From an uncultured delta proteobacterium (lineage in GTDB: Bacteria; Desulfobacterota; Binatia; UBA9968): a stretch of DNA of 64,000 bases. A program made the position numbers and the translations under genes. The DNA is taken from assembly GCA_963847445.1 (NCBI GenBank), contig CAWJZV010000003.1, positions 32,001 through 96,000 on the forward strand, written 5' to 3'. Under the pieces are notes generated by a model. It saw only the letters and a list, made by a program, of their open reading frames with translations, was not told the origin of the DNA and did not search any database. This document shows, one piece after another, positions 22,524-34,326 of the stretch. Every line of letters begins with the position of its first letter. The first letter of the stretch is position 1.

Positions 22524-22580
22524 TTGACAGTTTCTTGCGTAAAGTTATAAAGTGGGCCAGTGACTTGCCATTGTGGGAGC
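22524..22580 (+). promoter_or_regulatory. dcw promoter with possible MraZ operator boxes
   Basis: TTGACA 22524, TATAAA 22546; GTGGG boxes at 22552 and 22573. Confidence 0.55.
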
Positions 22581-22615
22581 AAACCCCATGACGGGTCATT
22601 ACGGGGGCGCATTTT

Positions 22616-23075
22616 ATGTTTCGCGGCAGATACGATCACACCATTGACGGAAAGGGCCGATTGAGCATTCCGGCGAAGTTTCGTCAGTGGCTTAAAGACA
22701 ATGGGGAAAACCAACTGATCGTCACCAACTTTGTCTTCGAGGGCAAGAATTGCCTTGACGTGTATCCCTTCGGTGAATGGCAAAAATTGGAGCAAGACAT
22801 CTTGCAGCAACAGAAAAATTCCGATCCGGACATGGCGCATTTTCTCAACTTCTATTTAAGTTCCGCGACGCCATGCGAACTGGATGCCCATGGTCGGATC
22901 CTCATTCCGCCCGACTTGCGAGAATTTGCCGAACTCAAGCGCGATGTTGTTTTGGTTTCAAGCGCTGAAAAAATTTCAGGCATGGGACAAAGCGAACTGG
23001 AAGGAAGTTTTCGCAGATTCCAAAGAGAGAATCGCGAACAACCCGGGTCTCATGCGCAGCTTGGGAATCTCATAG
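22616..23075 (+). CDS. mraZ: Division/cell-wall cluster transcriptional regulator MraZ (frameshift near 22960)
   Basis: MFRGRYDHTIDGKGRLSIPAKFR, ELDAHGRILIP; +1 frame continues KKFQAWDKANW to TAG 23075. Confidence 0.93.
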
Positions 23076-23110
23076 AAGCGGCGCAAACCGGACACAAAGG
23101 AGAGCAATCA

Positions 23111-23473
23111 ATGCTGGCGCGCAAAGCGATTCAAGATATCTCGGTCATCGATGTCAGCGGCGATATCGACTTTCGGGAAATGATCCGCATCAAAGATACC
23201 ATCGGCTCGTTCATCGAACATGATCGCATCAAGGTGGTGCTCAATTTGCGGGCGGTGGACCACATCAACTACTTGAGCATCGGCGTTCTGCTCGAGCGGC
23301 TCAAGGCGCTGCGCAATGTCAACGGCGATTTGAAACTTTCGGGCATGAGTCCGTTCTTGCGCGATATTTTCAAAGTCGTCGGCATGGATCGCTTTTTCGA
23401 AGAGTACCACTCGCTGGAGGATGCCATCGAAAGCTTCGACGACGATTGGGAGGGCGACGGGACCAGCCATTAA
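23111..23473 (+). CDS. STAS-domain (anti-anti-sigma-like) protein, 120 aa
   Basis: Own RBS AAAGGAG; VIDVSGDID, KVVLNLRAVDHINYLSIGVLL, GDLKLSGMSPFLRDIFKVVGMDRFF...SLEDAIESF. Confidence 0.88.
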   Translation: MLARKAIQDISVIDVSGDIDFREMIRIKDTIGSFIEHDRIKVVLNLRAVDHINYLSIGVLLERLKALRNVNGDLKLSGMSPFLRDIFKVVGMDRFFEEYHSLEDAIESFDDDWEGDGTSH

Positions 23474-23476
23474 GCT

Positions 23477-24403
23477 GTGTATGCTCATGTCTCCGTACTG
23501 GTCCGCGAGGTCATGGATTTTCTTCAACCTGCGCCGGGTAGGCGTTACGTCGACGGCACTTTGGGCGGCGGCGGCCACAGCGAAGCGATTTTAACGGCGA
23601 GCGGCCCAGATGGCCAAGTGGTGGGACTGGATCGGGACGATGAGGCGATCGCCGCGGCCAGCGAGCGCTTGAAGCGCTTTGGCGCTAGGCTGACCGCGCG
23701 GCAAGCGAGTTTCGCCGATGCCCGTGAGGTTCTCACCGAGATCGGTTGGGACAAAGTTGATGGTGTCATTTTGGACTTAGGCGTTTCGTCGCGGCAAATC
23801 GATGCAGCCGAGCGGGGATTTAGTTTTCGCTTGGGCGGGCGCTTGGATATGCGCATGGACCGCCGGCAATCGCTCGACGCCTGCCGGCTGGTTAACACGG
23901 CCACAGTCGATGAGCTGATGCGAGTATTCCGGGCCTATGGCGAGGAGCCGCAAGCGCGGCGCATCGCCGAAAAGATAGCCGCCGAAAGAAAGCTCCGACC
24001 CATCGAGAGCACCGATGAGCTGGCGCGCTTGGTTGAGGGGGTCAAAGGCGGCCGGCGCCGCGACCACCATCCGGCGACCCAGGTGTTTCAGGCACTGCGC
24101 ATCGCCGTAAACCAGGAGCTCGACCAGTTGGAGCATTTTCTCGACGACGGTTTTGCTTTGCTGCGGCCGAGCCGGCGCATGGTGATTATTTCGTTTCATT
24201 CGTTGGAAGATCGTTTGGTGAAGAATGCCTTTCGTAAATGGAGCCGCGCTTGTTTATGTCCGCCGCGGGCGCTGGTTTGCCAGTGCGGTTGGAGCCAGAA
24301 GGTGAAACTCTTAACCAAAAGACCGTTAGTGCCGGGCGACGCTGAGACGGCGGCCAACCCGCGCGCCCGGTCGGCCAAATTACGCGCCGTCGAGCGCATT
24401 TGA
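23477..24403 (+). CDS. rsmH: 16S rRNA C1402 N4-methyltransferase
   Basis: HVSVL, DGTLGGGGHS, DLGVSS, HPATQVFQALRIAVN, SFHSLEDR, NPRARSAKLR. Confidence 0.96.
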   Translation: MYAHVSVLVREVMDFLQPAPGRRYVDGTLGGGGHSEAILTASGPDGQVVGLDRDDEAIAAASERLKRFGARLTARQASFADAREVLTEIGWDKVDGVILDLGVSSRQIDAAERGFSFRLGGRLDMRMDRRQSLDACRLVNTATVDELMRVFRAYGEEPQARRIAEKIAAERKLRPIESTDELARLVEGVKGGRRRDHHPATQVFQALRIAVNQELDQLEHFLDDGFALLRPSRRMVIISFHSLEDRLVKNAFRKWSRACLCPPRALVCQCGWSQKVKLLTKRPLVPGDAETAANPRARSAKLRAVERI

Positions 24404-24412
24404 GTCACAGCC

Positions 24413-24762
24413 ATGGCAACTGCGGTTAAACTTGAGAATCGGCGTATCGCTCGTCCCAAGCGCGCGCCCGGCAGCCGCGCTGACTCAGGCGACGCGCCGG
24501 CGCCGCAATTGGGGCGTGGGCTATGCTCATCGTCACGCTGCTCGGCATCGTGCTGGTCCATGTTTGGTTGCGTTTGCAGGTTGTCCATATGGGATACGTG
24601 CTCGCCACCGCGAGCAAGTTAAAGAGCCGTTTGGAGCAGGAGAATCGCGAGCTCAAGGTCGAGCTGGCGACTTTGACGACGCGAGATCGGCTCAATGAGA
24701 TGGCGCGCCGCCGTTTGGGTCTGGCAGCGCCGGAGAAAGGTCAGGTCATCGTTCTACCATGA
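24413..24762 (+). CDS. ftsL: Cell division protein FtsL (frameshifted)
   Basis: Between rsmH and ftsI; single TM then heptad coil LEQENRELKVELATL, ARRRLGL. Confidence 0.85.
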
Positions 24763-26712
24763 GACGTTCGCTCAAACGAAATCGCCTGCGCATGGGCTGC
24801 GTGAAAATTGTTTTCCTGCTGGTCTTTTTGATCGTCGGTGGGCGCGCATTTCACTTGCAAGTCTTTCCAAGGCGACAAGCTGATGCGCCTCGGCCAGCGC
24901 CAGCATTTGAAGGAATGGATCGTCCTGCCCAAGCGCGGCGCTTTATACGACCGCGGCAGCGAGCCATTGGCGCTTGAGCTTGGAATCGCAGTCGGTTTAC
25001 GTCCGGCCGCATCGGCTGCAGAACCGCGCCGAAGCCAACTGAAGTTGGCCCGTATCCTCAATATGAAACGCGCCGATGTGGAGCAAAGGCTCGCCGCCAA
25101 AAAACCCTTCGTCTGGCTCAAGCGCCAGGTCTCGCCGGTCGAAGCGGAGCAGATTCAAGCGCTGCATATGGACGGCATTGGCATGTACTTGGAGCCGACG
25201 CGCTACTATCCGCAGGGCGGGTTGGCCGGACATTTGTTGGGGTTTGTCAATCGCGATTCCGAAGGGCTCGAAGGTATCGAGCTGCAATACAATGACTATA
25301 TTCGCGGTGCGGCAGGATCTTCGGTGTCCGAGCGCGATGCTCTCGGGCGCCGCGTTTTGGTCGAGGGCGTGGAAGGGTTACAGGTGCCGCCCGGCAGCGA
25401 TGTCCATCTGACTCTCGATTCGCCGATCCAGCATCTGGCGGAAAAAGAACTGGAAGCGACGATTCAAAAATATCGCGCCAAGGCAGGAGTGGCGATCGTC
25501 GTCGATCCCGCGACCGGCGAAGTCTTGGCGTCTGGCAAATTATCCAACTTTCGATCCCAACAAGGCTGCGCAGCAAAGCGCCGACCAACGGCGTAATCGC
25601 GCGGTGACCGACAGCTTCGAACCTGGGTCGACCTTTAAAACGATTCTCGCGGCCGCGGCGCTTGAAGAAGGTGTGGTCGGCAAGGACGATCTGTTTTACT
25701 GCGAGATGGGCAAGTATCCCTATGCCGGCCGGGTGATCCACGACACCCATCCGCATGGCTGGCTGCCATTTTCAAAAATTCTCCAGGTGTCGAGCAATAT
25801 CGGTTTTACCAAGGTCGCCGAGAAACTAAAGAAGGACCGGTATTTCAGATACATCGACAAATTCGGCTTTGGCCGGGTGACCGGGCTCGATGTGCCGGGC
25901 GAAGTTCCCGGTTTGCTGCGCAAGCCGGAAAACTTGGTCGGGGTCGATCTGGCGACCCATGCGTTCGGCCAGGGTGTATCGACGACGCCGATGCAGATGG
26001 TCATGGCTTATGCGGCGATCGCCAACGGCGGTATTCTCATGCGTCCCTACGTAACTCGCAAAGTCGTCAGCCCGCAGGGCGAGGTCTTGGTCGAAAATCA
26101 GCCGCAGATCGTCCGCCGGGTGATTTCCGAAAAGACCGCGAAGTTGTTGGCGTCGATGCTGCGCGATGTCACCAACGAAGGCGGCACCGGCGCTGGCGGC
26201 GAAAGTCGATGGCTTCGATGTCGCCGGCAAAACCGGCACGGCACAGAAGGCCGAGCGCGGCAGTTACTCGGCGAAAAAACGGGTGAGTTCGTTCGTTGGC
26301 TTCGTCCCGGCGGAGAATCCGCGCTTGGTTTCGTTGGTCTTAGTCGATGAACCGGAAGGGAATGTTTATGGCGGCGTGGTCGCCGCACCGGCATTCCGCA
26401 ATATCGCTCAGGGCGCCTTGCGCCAGCTCGCGGTGGCGCCGCGCGACGGCGTGGTGATGCCGAGCGAGTCGGCGCAAGCCGAGCCTTCGCTGGCGCGTCC
26501 GAGTCAAGCGCGCCGGGGTGCAGCTGGTTTCCACCAATGGCGATGCGGTGCCGGATTTTCTCGGTCTGAGCATGCGCGAGGCCTTGGAGAAAGCGCAGTC
26601 GCTAAGAATTACGTTGAAAATGCAGGGTAACGGCTATGTCGTGAAGCAAACACCCGCACCGGGCGAGCCCCGGCCGGAAGGCCAAGCAGTGGTGGTAAAT
26701 CTGCAAGGCTGA
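24759..26712 (+). CDS. ftsI: Peptidoglycan transpeptidase PBP3 with C-terminal PASTA (frameshifted)
   Basis: RGALYDR, RYYPQG, EPGSTFK (SxxK), SSNIG (SxN), KTGTAQK; VPDFLGLSMREAL. Confidence 0.93.
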
Positions 26713-26717
26713 CGCCG

Positions 26718-28282
26718 ATGCGAGTACGCGAGTTCTTAGCGCTGCACGAAGTCCAACAGGCCGACGGTGATCTGGAGCAGGAAGTGCACGGCTTAACTTA
26801 CGACTCGCGCCAAGCGACTGCGGGGAAGGTTTTCTTCGCCGTGCCAGGCGAACAGGCCGACGGCCATGACTACATCGGCGAAGCGGTCAAGCGCGGCGCC
26901 GCCGCGGTGGTTTTGTCGCGCGCCGGTGCTCTGGCCCCAGGCGCCGGCAACGGTGCGGGTCAACAATGTCAGAAACGCCATGGGGTTGTGGGCGGCGCAT
27001 TTTTATCAGCGCCCGAGCCGCAATCTACGGCTGGTCGGCGTTACCGGCACCAATGGCAAAACCACTTTGACCTACTTGGTCGAGTCGATCTTGCACGAGG
27101 CCGGCCTCGAGCCCGGAGTCATCGGCACGATCAATTACCGCTACCGCGGCCGCGCGTTGCCGTCGCATCATACGACGCCGGAATCCGTCGATTTGCAGGA
27201 GCTGCTGGCGGAAATGGTGCGGAGCGGGGTGCAGGCGGTGGCAATGGAAGTCTCATCCCATGCTCTGGCCCAGGAAAGAGTCCGCGGCCTCGACTTCGAT
27301 GTCGGCGTGTTTACCAATTTGACGCGCGATCATCTCGACTATCATCGCGACATGGACGACTACTTTGCCGCCAAGAGCCGCTTGTTCAACGACTACTTGC
27401 CGGCGTCGGTGAAGCCGCATAAGGCGGCGGTGATTTACGGCCGACGATCCGCGCGGCGAGCAATTGATCACTGCCTGCCGGGCGCAGGGCTTGGCGGTGT
27501 GGAGCTATGGCGACAGCGGCGAGTGGGATGTCTGTCCGGTGCAAGTTAGCCAAGTTGCCATTGATGTCAGCGGTATCCGCGGCGAGATCCGCGCCAAGGA
27601 GCGCCGGCTAAAAATCGCCTCGTCGCTGGTCGGCTCGGTGAACTTGCAAAATATTTTGGGCGCCGTTGGGGTCGGCTGCGCCCTGGGATTGAGCGACGAC
27701 GTGATCGCCCGCGGCATCGCGCGGTTGTCAGCCGTGCCAGGGCGGTTGGAAAAAGTCGACAACGGGCGCGGTGTCGCCGTCTTGGTCGATTACGCCCATA
27801 CTCCCGATGCTCTCGAAAAAGCGCTGCAAGTGGCGCGGCAGTTGACCACCGGCAGTTTGATCGCGGTGTTCGGTTGCGGCGGCGATCGCGACCGCGGCAA
27901 GCGGCCGTTGATGGGCGAAATCGCCGCGCGGCTGAGCGATTTCGCGGTGCTGACCTCCGACAATCCGCGCACCGAAGAGCCAACGGCGATACTCGCCGAT
28001 GTCGAAGCCGGCGTGCGCCAAGTCGGCATCGCCAAACTCGACGCCGCGCGGCTTCCCGCCGGCAAGACCGGCAAGACCGACACGGCGGAACGGCGCGGCT
28101 ATTACGTCGAAGCCGACCGGCGCGCGGCGATCCGCTTGGCGCTGGCGCTGGCCGGCGCCGGCGACACCGTGCTGATCGCCGGCAAGGGCCATGAGGATTA
28201 TCAGATTTTAGGCCAGACGAAGTTTCATTTCGACGATCGGGAGGTGGCGCGCGAAGCGATCGCAGCGCGCGCCAACGGCTAA
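26718..28282 (+). CDS. murE: UDP-MurNAc-tripeptide synthetase (frameshifted)
   Basis: GVTGTNGKTT, MEVSSHAL, NLTRDHLDYH, DYAHTPDAL, SDNPR (meso-DAP type), AGKGHE. Confidence 0.95.
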
Positions 28283-28293
28283 GTTTGCCAGGC

Positions 28294-29701
28294 ATGAGAT
28301 GGACTTTGGCGGAAATACTCGCGGCGACCGGTGGCAAAGTTGCCAGGCCCGGTAAGCTCGCGCGCTACGGGGAGATTGTGACCGATTCCAAGCAGGTCAA
28401 AGGCAATTCGATTTTCGTCGCCCTCAAAGGCGAGCGCCACGATGCCCATCGCTTCGTCGGCGCGGCGGTGCGCCAAGGCGCCACCTGCGTCATCGTCCAT
28501 CGCGCCTTGCCCAGCGCGACCGGCGGGTCGGCGACGATCGTGCGGGTCGGCGACACGCTCCGGGCGCTCGGCGATCTGGCGCATTATCGACGCGAGCGGC
28601 TGGCGCCCAAGGTGCTTGCGATTACCGGTTCCAACGGCAAAACGACGACTAAGGAAATGGTCGCGGCGATATTGGCGCAAGCCACCTTGGCCGGCCAGTC
28701 GTTACGCGGCCGGGTGCTCAAGACCGAAGGCAATTTCAATAATTTGGTTGGTTTGCCGCTGACGCTGTTACGGTTGACCAAGAGACACAAAATCGCGGTG
28801 GTCGAACTTGGCACCAACTCATCCCGGCGAGATCCAGCGTTTAGCGGAAATCGCCGACCCGGACCTGGGCGTGATCACGACTGTGGCGGCGGCCCATTTG
28901 GCAGGTCTAAAAAACTTGTCCGGCGTGGCGCGCGAAAAGGGCGCGCTCTATCGCGCCGTGCGCCGCAGCGGCATGATCGCGGTCAATCTCGACGATCCCT
29001 GGGTGCGCCGTCTGGCAGCTAAGTTTGCCGGCAAAAAGTTAACTTACGGCAACGCCGGCCAGCTGCGCGCGCGCTCGTTACGCGTGCGCGCAGCTGGCCG
29101 GGGCATGGCGTTCGCGCTGCACTACGGCGGCCAGCAGGCGCGGATCAATTTGAATTATCTAGGCCGGCATAATGTCACCAATGCCCTCGGCGCGGCGGCG
29201 TTGACGCTTGGCGCGGGAGTCAGTTTGGCGGCGGTGCGCCGCGGTTTGGCGCAAGCCAAACCCTTCACCATGCGTATGCAGCGGGAAAGCTGGCGCGGCA
29301 TCGGCATTATCAACGATAGCTACAACGCTAACCCCGGTTCCATGCAAGCGGCGCTGGAAACCCTGGCGCTGATCGGCAACCGGGGTAAAAAAATCGCCGT
29401 GTTGGGCGACATGTTCGAGCTCGGCAAGCAGAGCGCCAAAGAGCATCGCCAACTGGGCCGGGTCGCCGCCCAAGCGCGGATCGATCGACTTTATTTGCTC
29501 GGCGACCAAGCCGGCGCAGTGCGTTACGGCGCGCTGCGCGCCGGCATGAAAGCGCACCAGGTGACCATCGGCGCCGATCACGGCGATTTGGCCAACCGCT
29601 TGCGCCAACAGGTCGGGCGCGGCGATTGGCTTTTGGTCAAAGGATCGCGCGGCATGAAAATGGAAAAGGTTTTGCAAGCGCTCAAGAGCGTGACGGTCTA
29701 G
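28294..29701 (+). CDS. murF: UDP-MurNAc-pentapeptide synthetase (frameshift near 28820)
   Basis: ITGSNGKTTTKEM, NFNNLVGLPLTL, NDSYNANP, LGDMFELG, VKGSRG. Confidence 0.95.
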
Positions 29702-29710
29702 GAGTATCGC

Positions 29711-30787
29711 GTGCTTTATCATTTGTTCACCTCGCTCTCGACCAGCTACTCCGGCTTCAATGTCTTTCGCTACATTACCTTTCGCGCGGCGATGGCGGCG
29801 TTATTGTCCCTGCTGATTTCGTTTCTGCTCGGCCCCTGGTTAATCCGCGTGCTCACCGAAAGACAGATCGGTCAACAGATTCGTGATGACGGTCCGGCGT
29901 CCCATGCGGTCAAGGCGGGCACGCCGACCATGGGCGGCGCGCTGATTATCCTAGCCTTGCTGTTCTCGACCGTTATGCTGGCAGATATCACCAATCGCTA
30001 TGTGCTGTTGGCCTTGGTCGCCACGCTGGGCAGCGGGGCGGTCGGTTTCGTCGACGATTATTTGAAGCTCACGGGCAAAAACAGCAAGGGACTGGCGCCG
30101 CGGACCAAGCTCCTGGGCCAGCTCGCGGTCGCCCTCGTGGTCGCCGTGGCGCTGTACTATCAACCGAAATTCAGTACCGAGATCGCCTTTCCGTTTATCA
30201 AGACGCTGCGGGTCAATCTCGACGTTTTCTACATTCCGTTCGCCATGCTGGTGATCGTCGGCGCCTCCAACGCGGTCAACCTCACCGATGGTCTCGACGG
30301 CCTGGCGATCGGCCCGGTGATGGTCGCCGCGGCGGCTTACGCCGTGGTGGCTTATGCCACCGGCCATCTCAAGTTTGCCGAGTATTTGCAGATCCCCTAT
30401 GTCGCCGGTGTCGGCGAGCTGACGGTGTTTTGCGCCGCGATGGTCGCGGCGGGATTGGGATTTCTTTGGTACAACGCCTATCCGGCGCAGATGTTCATGG
30501 GCGATGTCGGTTCGCTGGCCCTCGGCGCTGCCCTCGGCATCGTCGCGGTGCTGACCAAGAACGAATTTCTCTTGGTGATCATCGGCGGCGTCTTCGTCAT
30601 GGAAGCGCTGTCGGTGATTTTCCAGGTGGCGTCCTACAAGATCCGCCGCAAGCGGGTTTTCTTGATGGCGCCGATTCACCATCACTACGAACTCAAGGGC
30701 TGGAAAGAGCCGCAGATTATCGTGCGCTTCTGGATCCTGTCGATCATTTTTGCGGTCATCGGTTTGAGCACCTTGAAACTCAGATAA
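29711..30787 (+). CDS. mraY: Phospho-MurNAc-pentapeptide transferase
   Basis: [37 protein letters not shown]. Confidence 0.97.
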   Translation: MLYHLFTSLSTSYSGFNVFRYITFRAAMAALLSLLISFLLGPWLIRVLTERQIGQQIRDDGPASHAVKAGTPTMGGALIILALLFSTVMLADITNRYVLLALVATLGSGAVGFVDDYLKLTGKNSKGLAPRTKLLGQLAVALVVAVALYYQPKFSTEIAFPFIKTLRVNLDVFYIPFAMLVIVGASNAVNLTDGLDGLAIGPVMVAAAAYAVVAYATGHLKFAEYLQIPYVAGVGELTVFCAAMVAAGLGFLWYNAYPAQMFMGDVGSLALGAALGIVAVLTKNEFLLVIIGGVFVMEALSVIFQVASYKIRRKRVFLMAPIHHHYELKGWKEPQIIVRFWILSIIFAVIGLSTLKLR

Positions 30788-30802
30788 CGGCGACGATGTT
30801 TA

Positions 30803-32141
30803 ATGGAGCTCAAAGCAAAAAAGTTATTGGTCATCGGTCTGGCGCGCACCGGACGGGAATGCGCGCGCTTTCTCGCCCAACAGGGGGCCAAGGTGTGGAT
30901 TAGCGACCTGCGCGGACAAGACGATCTGCGCGGTGAAATGGCCGCGCTCAGCGATCTTTCGCTAACCTATCGGTTGGGCGGCGAGGAAAAAAGTTGGCTC
31001 GACGGCATGGATTACGTGGTGCCCAGTCCTGGTGTGCCGATGGAAAATCTTCTGCTGCGCGAAGCGCTGGCGCGAAAGATTCCGGTGTTGAGCGAAATCG
31101 AGCTGGCCTATCGCTATTTCGCCGCGCCGCTGGTGGCGATCACCGGCACCAACGGCAAGAGCACGACGACGACCTTGATCGGCAAGATGCTCCAGGCCGA
31201 CGGCAAGAAAGTTTTTCTCGGCGGCAACCTGGGCGCGCCATTTATCGGCGCGGTGACGGGCTCCTGGGATTGGGGCGTGATCGAGATCAGCAGCTTTCAG
31301 TTGGAGTGGGTCGACGAGTTTCGCCCGCGCATCGCGCTCTTGCTCAACCTCACCGAGGATCACTTGGACCGCTACGCCAGTTTCGCTGACTACTGCCAAG
31401 CCAAGCAGCGCATCTTCGCGGCGCAGCAACGCGCCGACGTGGCGATCCTCAACCGCGACGATCCGCTGGTATGGGCAGCTGCGCGAGCGCATTGCCGCAC
31501 AAGTGGTCTCCTTCGGCTTTGGCGAAGTCGCCGAAGGCTGTGTTCGCGACGCCAACGCGAGATCGTTTGGCGCGACGGCGCCGTCGAGGAGCGCTTCTCG
31601 TTAGCCAGGGCGAAGATCCAGGGCGTGCATAACGTGGAAAATATCATGGCCGCCATCGCGGCCGCCAAGTGCGCTGGTGTCTCGCGCCGAGCGATACGAA
31701 CAAGCGCTCGAAGAGTTCCCCGGCCTCGAACACCGTCTTGAATTCGTCCGCGAGAAAGACGGTGTTCGCTACTACAACGATTCCAAGGGCACCAACGTCG
31801 GCGCGGTGGTCAAGTCGCTGGCGAGCTTTTCCGGACCGGTGATCTTGCTCGCCGGCGGCGTCGACAAGGGCGGCGACTATGCGCCGCTGGCGGCGGGTGT
31901 TAAGAACCAAGTCCGCCGCTTGGTGTTGTTCGGCGCGGCCAAACAGACCATCGCCGCCGCCTTGGGCCAACTGACGACGACTGTGCTGGTCAACGATATC
32001 GCCGCGGCGGTGGGCGATGCCGTCGCTCACGCTCAGCCGGGAGATGTGGTGTTGCTGTCGCCGGCCTGTTCGAGTTTCGATCAATTTCGCAATTACGCCG
32101 AACGCGGCAAGAGCTTCAAGAACTTGGTGCAGGCCCTATGA
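30803..32141 (+). CDS. murD: UDP-MurNAc-L-Ala:D-Glu ligase (frameshifted)
   Basis: SPGVP, ITGTNGKSTTT, EISSFQL, DHLDRY, NDSKGTN, LSPACSSFDQF. Confidence 0.95.
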
Positions 32142-33232
32142 GAGATGCATTGGCCGTCGATAAATGGATTCTGCTGGCGGTCATCGGCCTGGTCGCCATG
32201 GGCGTGATCATGGTGCTGAGCACCAGTTATCTCTATTCCCAAGAGCGTTACGCCGACGGCACGTTCTTTTTTCGCAAACAATTGTTCGCCATGGGCGCCG
32301 GCGTGGTCGCGTTGATCGTCTGTTCGCTGATCCCGTCGCATCAATACCGCCGCTTCGCCTATCCGTTGTTGGCGCTGACCCTGGTGTTTCTAATTCTCGT
32401 GCTGATTCCCGGTATCGGCGCCAGTCGCGGCGGCGCGCGCCGCTGGATTGCGCTTGCCGGCTTTGCCTTTCAACCGTCGGAGTTGGCCAAGTTGGCGGTC
32501 GTCGTCTATCTCGCCCATTCCATCGCCAAGAAAGAACCGCTGATCGGCTCCTTCTCCATCGGCGTCTTGCCGCACATGATCGTGACCGGCTTGTTCGCCG
32601 GCGTGCTCCTACTCGAACCCGACTTCGGCAGCGCCTTGATCCTGGCCATGCTGCTCTACTCGATGTTGTTCATCGGCGGAGTGCGGGTGCACCATCTGCT
32701 CGGCACCGGCCTGTTAGCCTTGCCTTTGCTGATTTATGTCATGACCCAAGCGGACTACCGGATGCGCCGCTTGACCTGTTTTTTAGACCCGTGGAGCGAT
32801 GCGGCGGGCTGCGGCTTTCACGTCATTCAATCGTTGATCGCTTTCGGGTCCGGACAGTTGTGGGGGCGCGGCTTGGGCGAGAGCCGGCAGAAGTTATTTT
32901 ATCTCCCCGAAGCGCACACCGATTTCGTTTACTCGGTGATCGGCGAGGAGTTAGGGCTGCTCGGTGCGTTGGCGGTGTTGGCGCTGTTCGGCGTGATTAT
33001 TTTGCGCGGCCTGCGGCTGACCTCGCGCATCGAGGAGCCATTCGATCAGTATTTGGCTTTCGGCTTGACGGTGCTCTTGGGACTCCAGGCGTTGATTCAC
33101 ATGGGTGTGGTGATGGGGCTCATGCCGACCAAGGGACTGGTGCTGCCGTTCATCAGTTACGGCGGCTCGGCCATGCTGATCAATCTGGCGGAGGCGGGCA
33201 TCTTGCTCAGCCTGTCGCGCCGGAGAGTTTAG
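32138..33232 (+). CDS. ftsW: SEDS peptidoglycan polymerase FtsW
   Basis: GARRWI, FQPSELAK, LPEAHTDF, LPFISYGGS. Confidence 0.96.
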   Translation: MRDALAVDKWILLAVIGLVAMGVIMVLSTSYLYSQERYADGTFFFRKQLFAMGAGVVALIVCSLIPSHQYRRFAYPLLALTLVFLILVLIPGIGASRGGARRWIALAGFAFQPSELAKLAVVVYLAHSIAKKEPLIGSFSIGVLPHMIVTGLFAGVLLLEPDFGSALILAMLLYSMLFIGGVRVHHLLGTGLLALPLLIYVMTQADYRMRRLTCFLDPWSDAAGCGFHVIQSLIAFGSGQLWGRGLGESRQKLFYLPEAHTDFVYSVIGEELGLLGALAVLALFGVIILRGLRLTSRIEEPFDQYLAFGLTVLLGLQALIHMGVVMGLMPTKGLVLPFISYGGSAMLINLAEAGILLSLSRRRV

Positions 33233-33233
33233 C

Positions 33234-34302
33234 ATGCGGGTAATTTTCGCCGGCGGCGGAACCGGCGGCCACCTGTTTCCCGGTCTGGCGGTGGCGCGGG
33301 AGTTTCAGCGCCGCGATGGCCAGACGGAAATAGTTTTTATCGGCACCGAGCAGGGCATCGAATTTCGCGTGTTACCGAAGGAAGGATTCAAACTGGAAAC
33401 GCTCACGGTCAAAGGGATAAAGGGGCGCGGTATCCGCGGCATTCTTGACGCGCTCTACGGCGTGCCGGCGGCGCTGTTGCGTTCGCTGGCGATCCTGCGC
33501 GCCTTTCGCCCGGACTGCGTGATTGGGCTCGGCGGTTATGCGTCCGGGCCGGTGTTGCTGGCGGCCCAAGCTCAAACGCATTCGCTGCGCCATCATGGAG
33601 CAGAATCTGCGGCCGGGTTTCACCAATAAGCTGCTCGCCCGCTGGGTCGATCGAGTCTTTACCGCCTACCGTGAGAGCGCCGAGTATTTTCCCGGCGCGC
33701 GGGTGATCGAGACTGGCAACCCGGTGCGCTGGACTCATGTGCCGCAGGTTAAGCGCAGCGATAAATTCACGCTGCTGATTTTCGGCGGCAGCGCCGGCGC
33801 CCGGCGGATCAATTATGCCGTCGTCGACGCATTGAAATTACTCGGCGATCTTAAAAGCGCCATCGCCGTCACGCATCAAACCGGACCGTTGGATTACGAC
33901 GCGATCAAACAAGCTTACGGCGCGCTGCCATTCGAAGCGGCGGTAACGCCGTTTATCGAGCGCATGGACGAAGCCTATGCCGGCGCCGACTTGGTGCTGT
34001 GCCGCGCCGGGGCGATGACCATCGCCGAGTTGACGGTATTCGGCAAGGCGGCGATTTTGGTGCCTTATCCGTATGCCATTTACGATCACCAGCGCGCTAA
34101 CGCCGAGTCGCTGCAAGAGCGCGGCGCGGCGGAAATGATTTTGGATCGCGATTTCACCGGCGATGTCTTGGCCGCGCGGATTCGCGGCTATTTCGCCGAT
34201 CGGGCGCGGCTTGAGCGCATGGCGGCGGCGGCGCGCGCCTTGGGCCGGCCAGATGCCGCGGCGCGGATTGTCGATGCCTGTTACGGCTTGGCGCAGGCAT
34301 AG
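33234..34302 (+). CDS. murG: Lipid II GlcNAc transferase (frameshift near 33560)
   Basis: GGGTGGHLFP, GGYASGP, TGNPVR, CRAGAMTIAEL. Confidence 0.95.
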
Positions 34303-34326
34303 ATTGGTAATGGTCGCGAAAGTTTC

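Noticed and set aside
22616-23473. 285-aa MraZ-STAS fusion ORF in the track
   Set aside because: A +1 indel near 22960 diverts MraZ from its natural C-terminus (KKFQAWDKANW...stop 23075); the STAS gene has its own RBS and ATG. Most likely an assembly artefact; raw reads would settle it.
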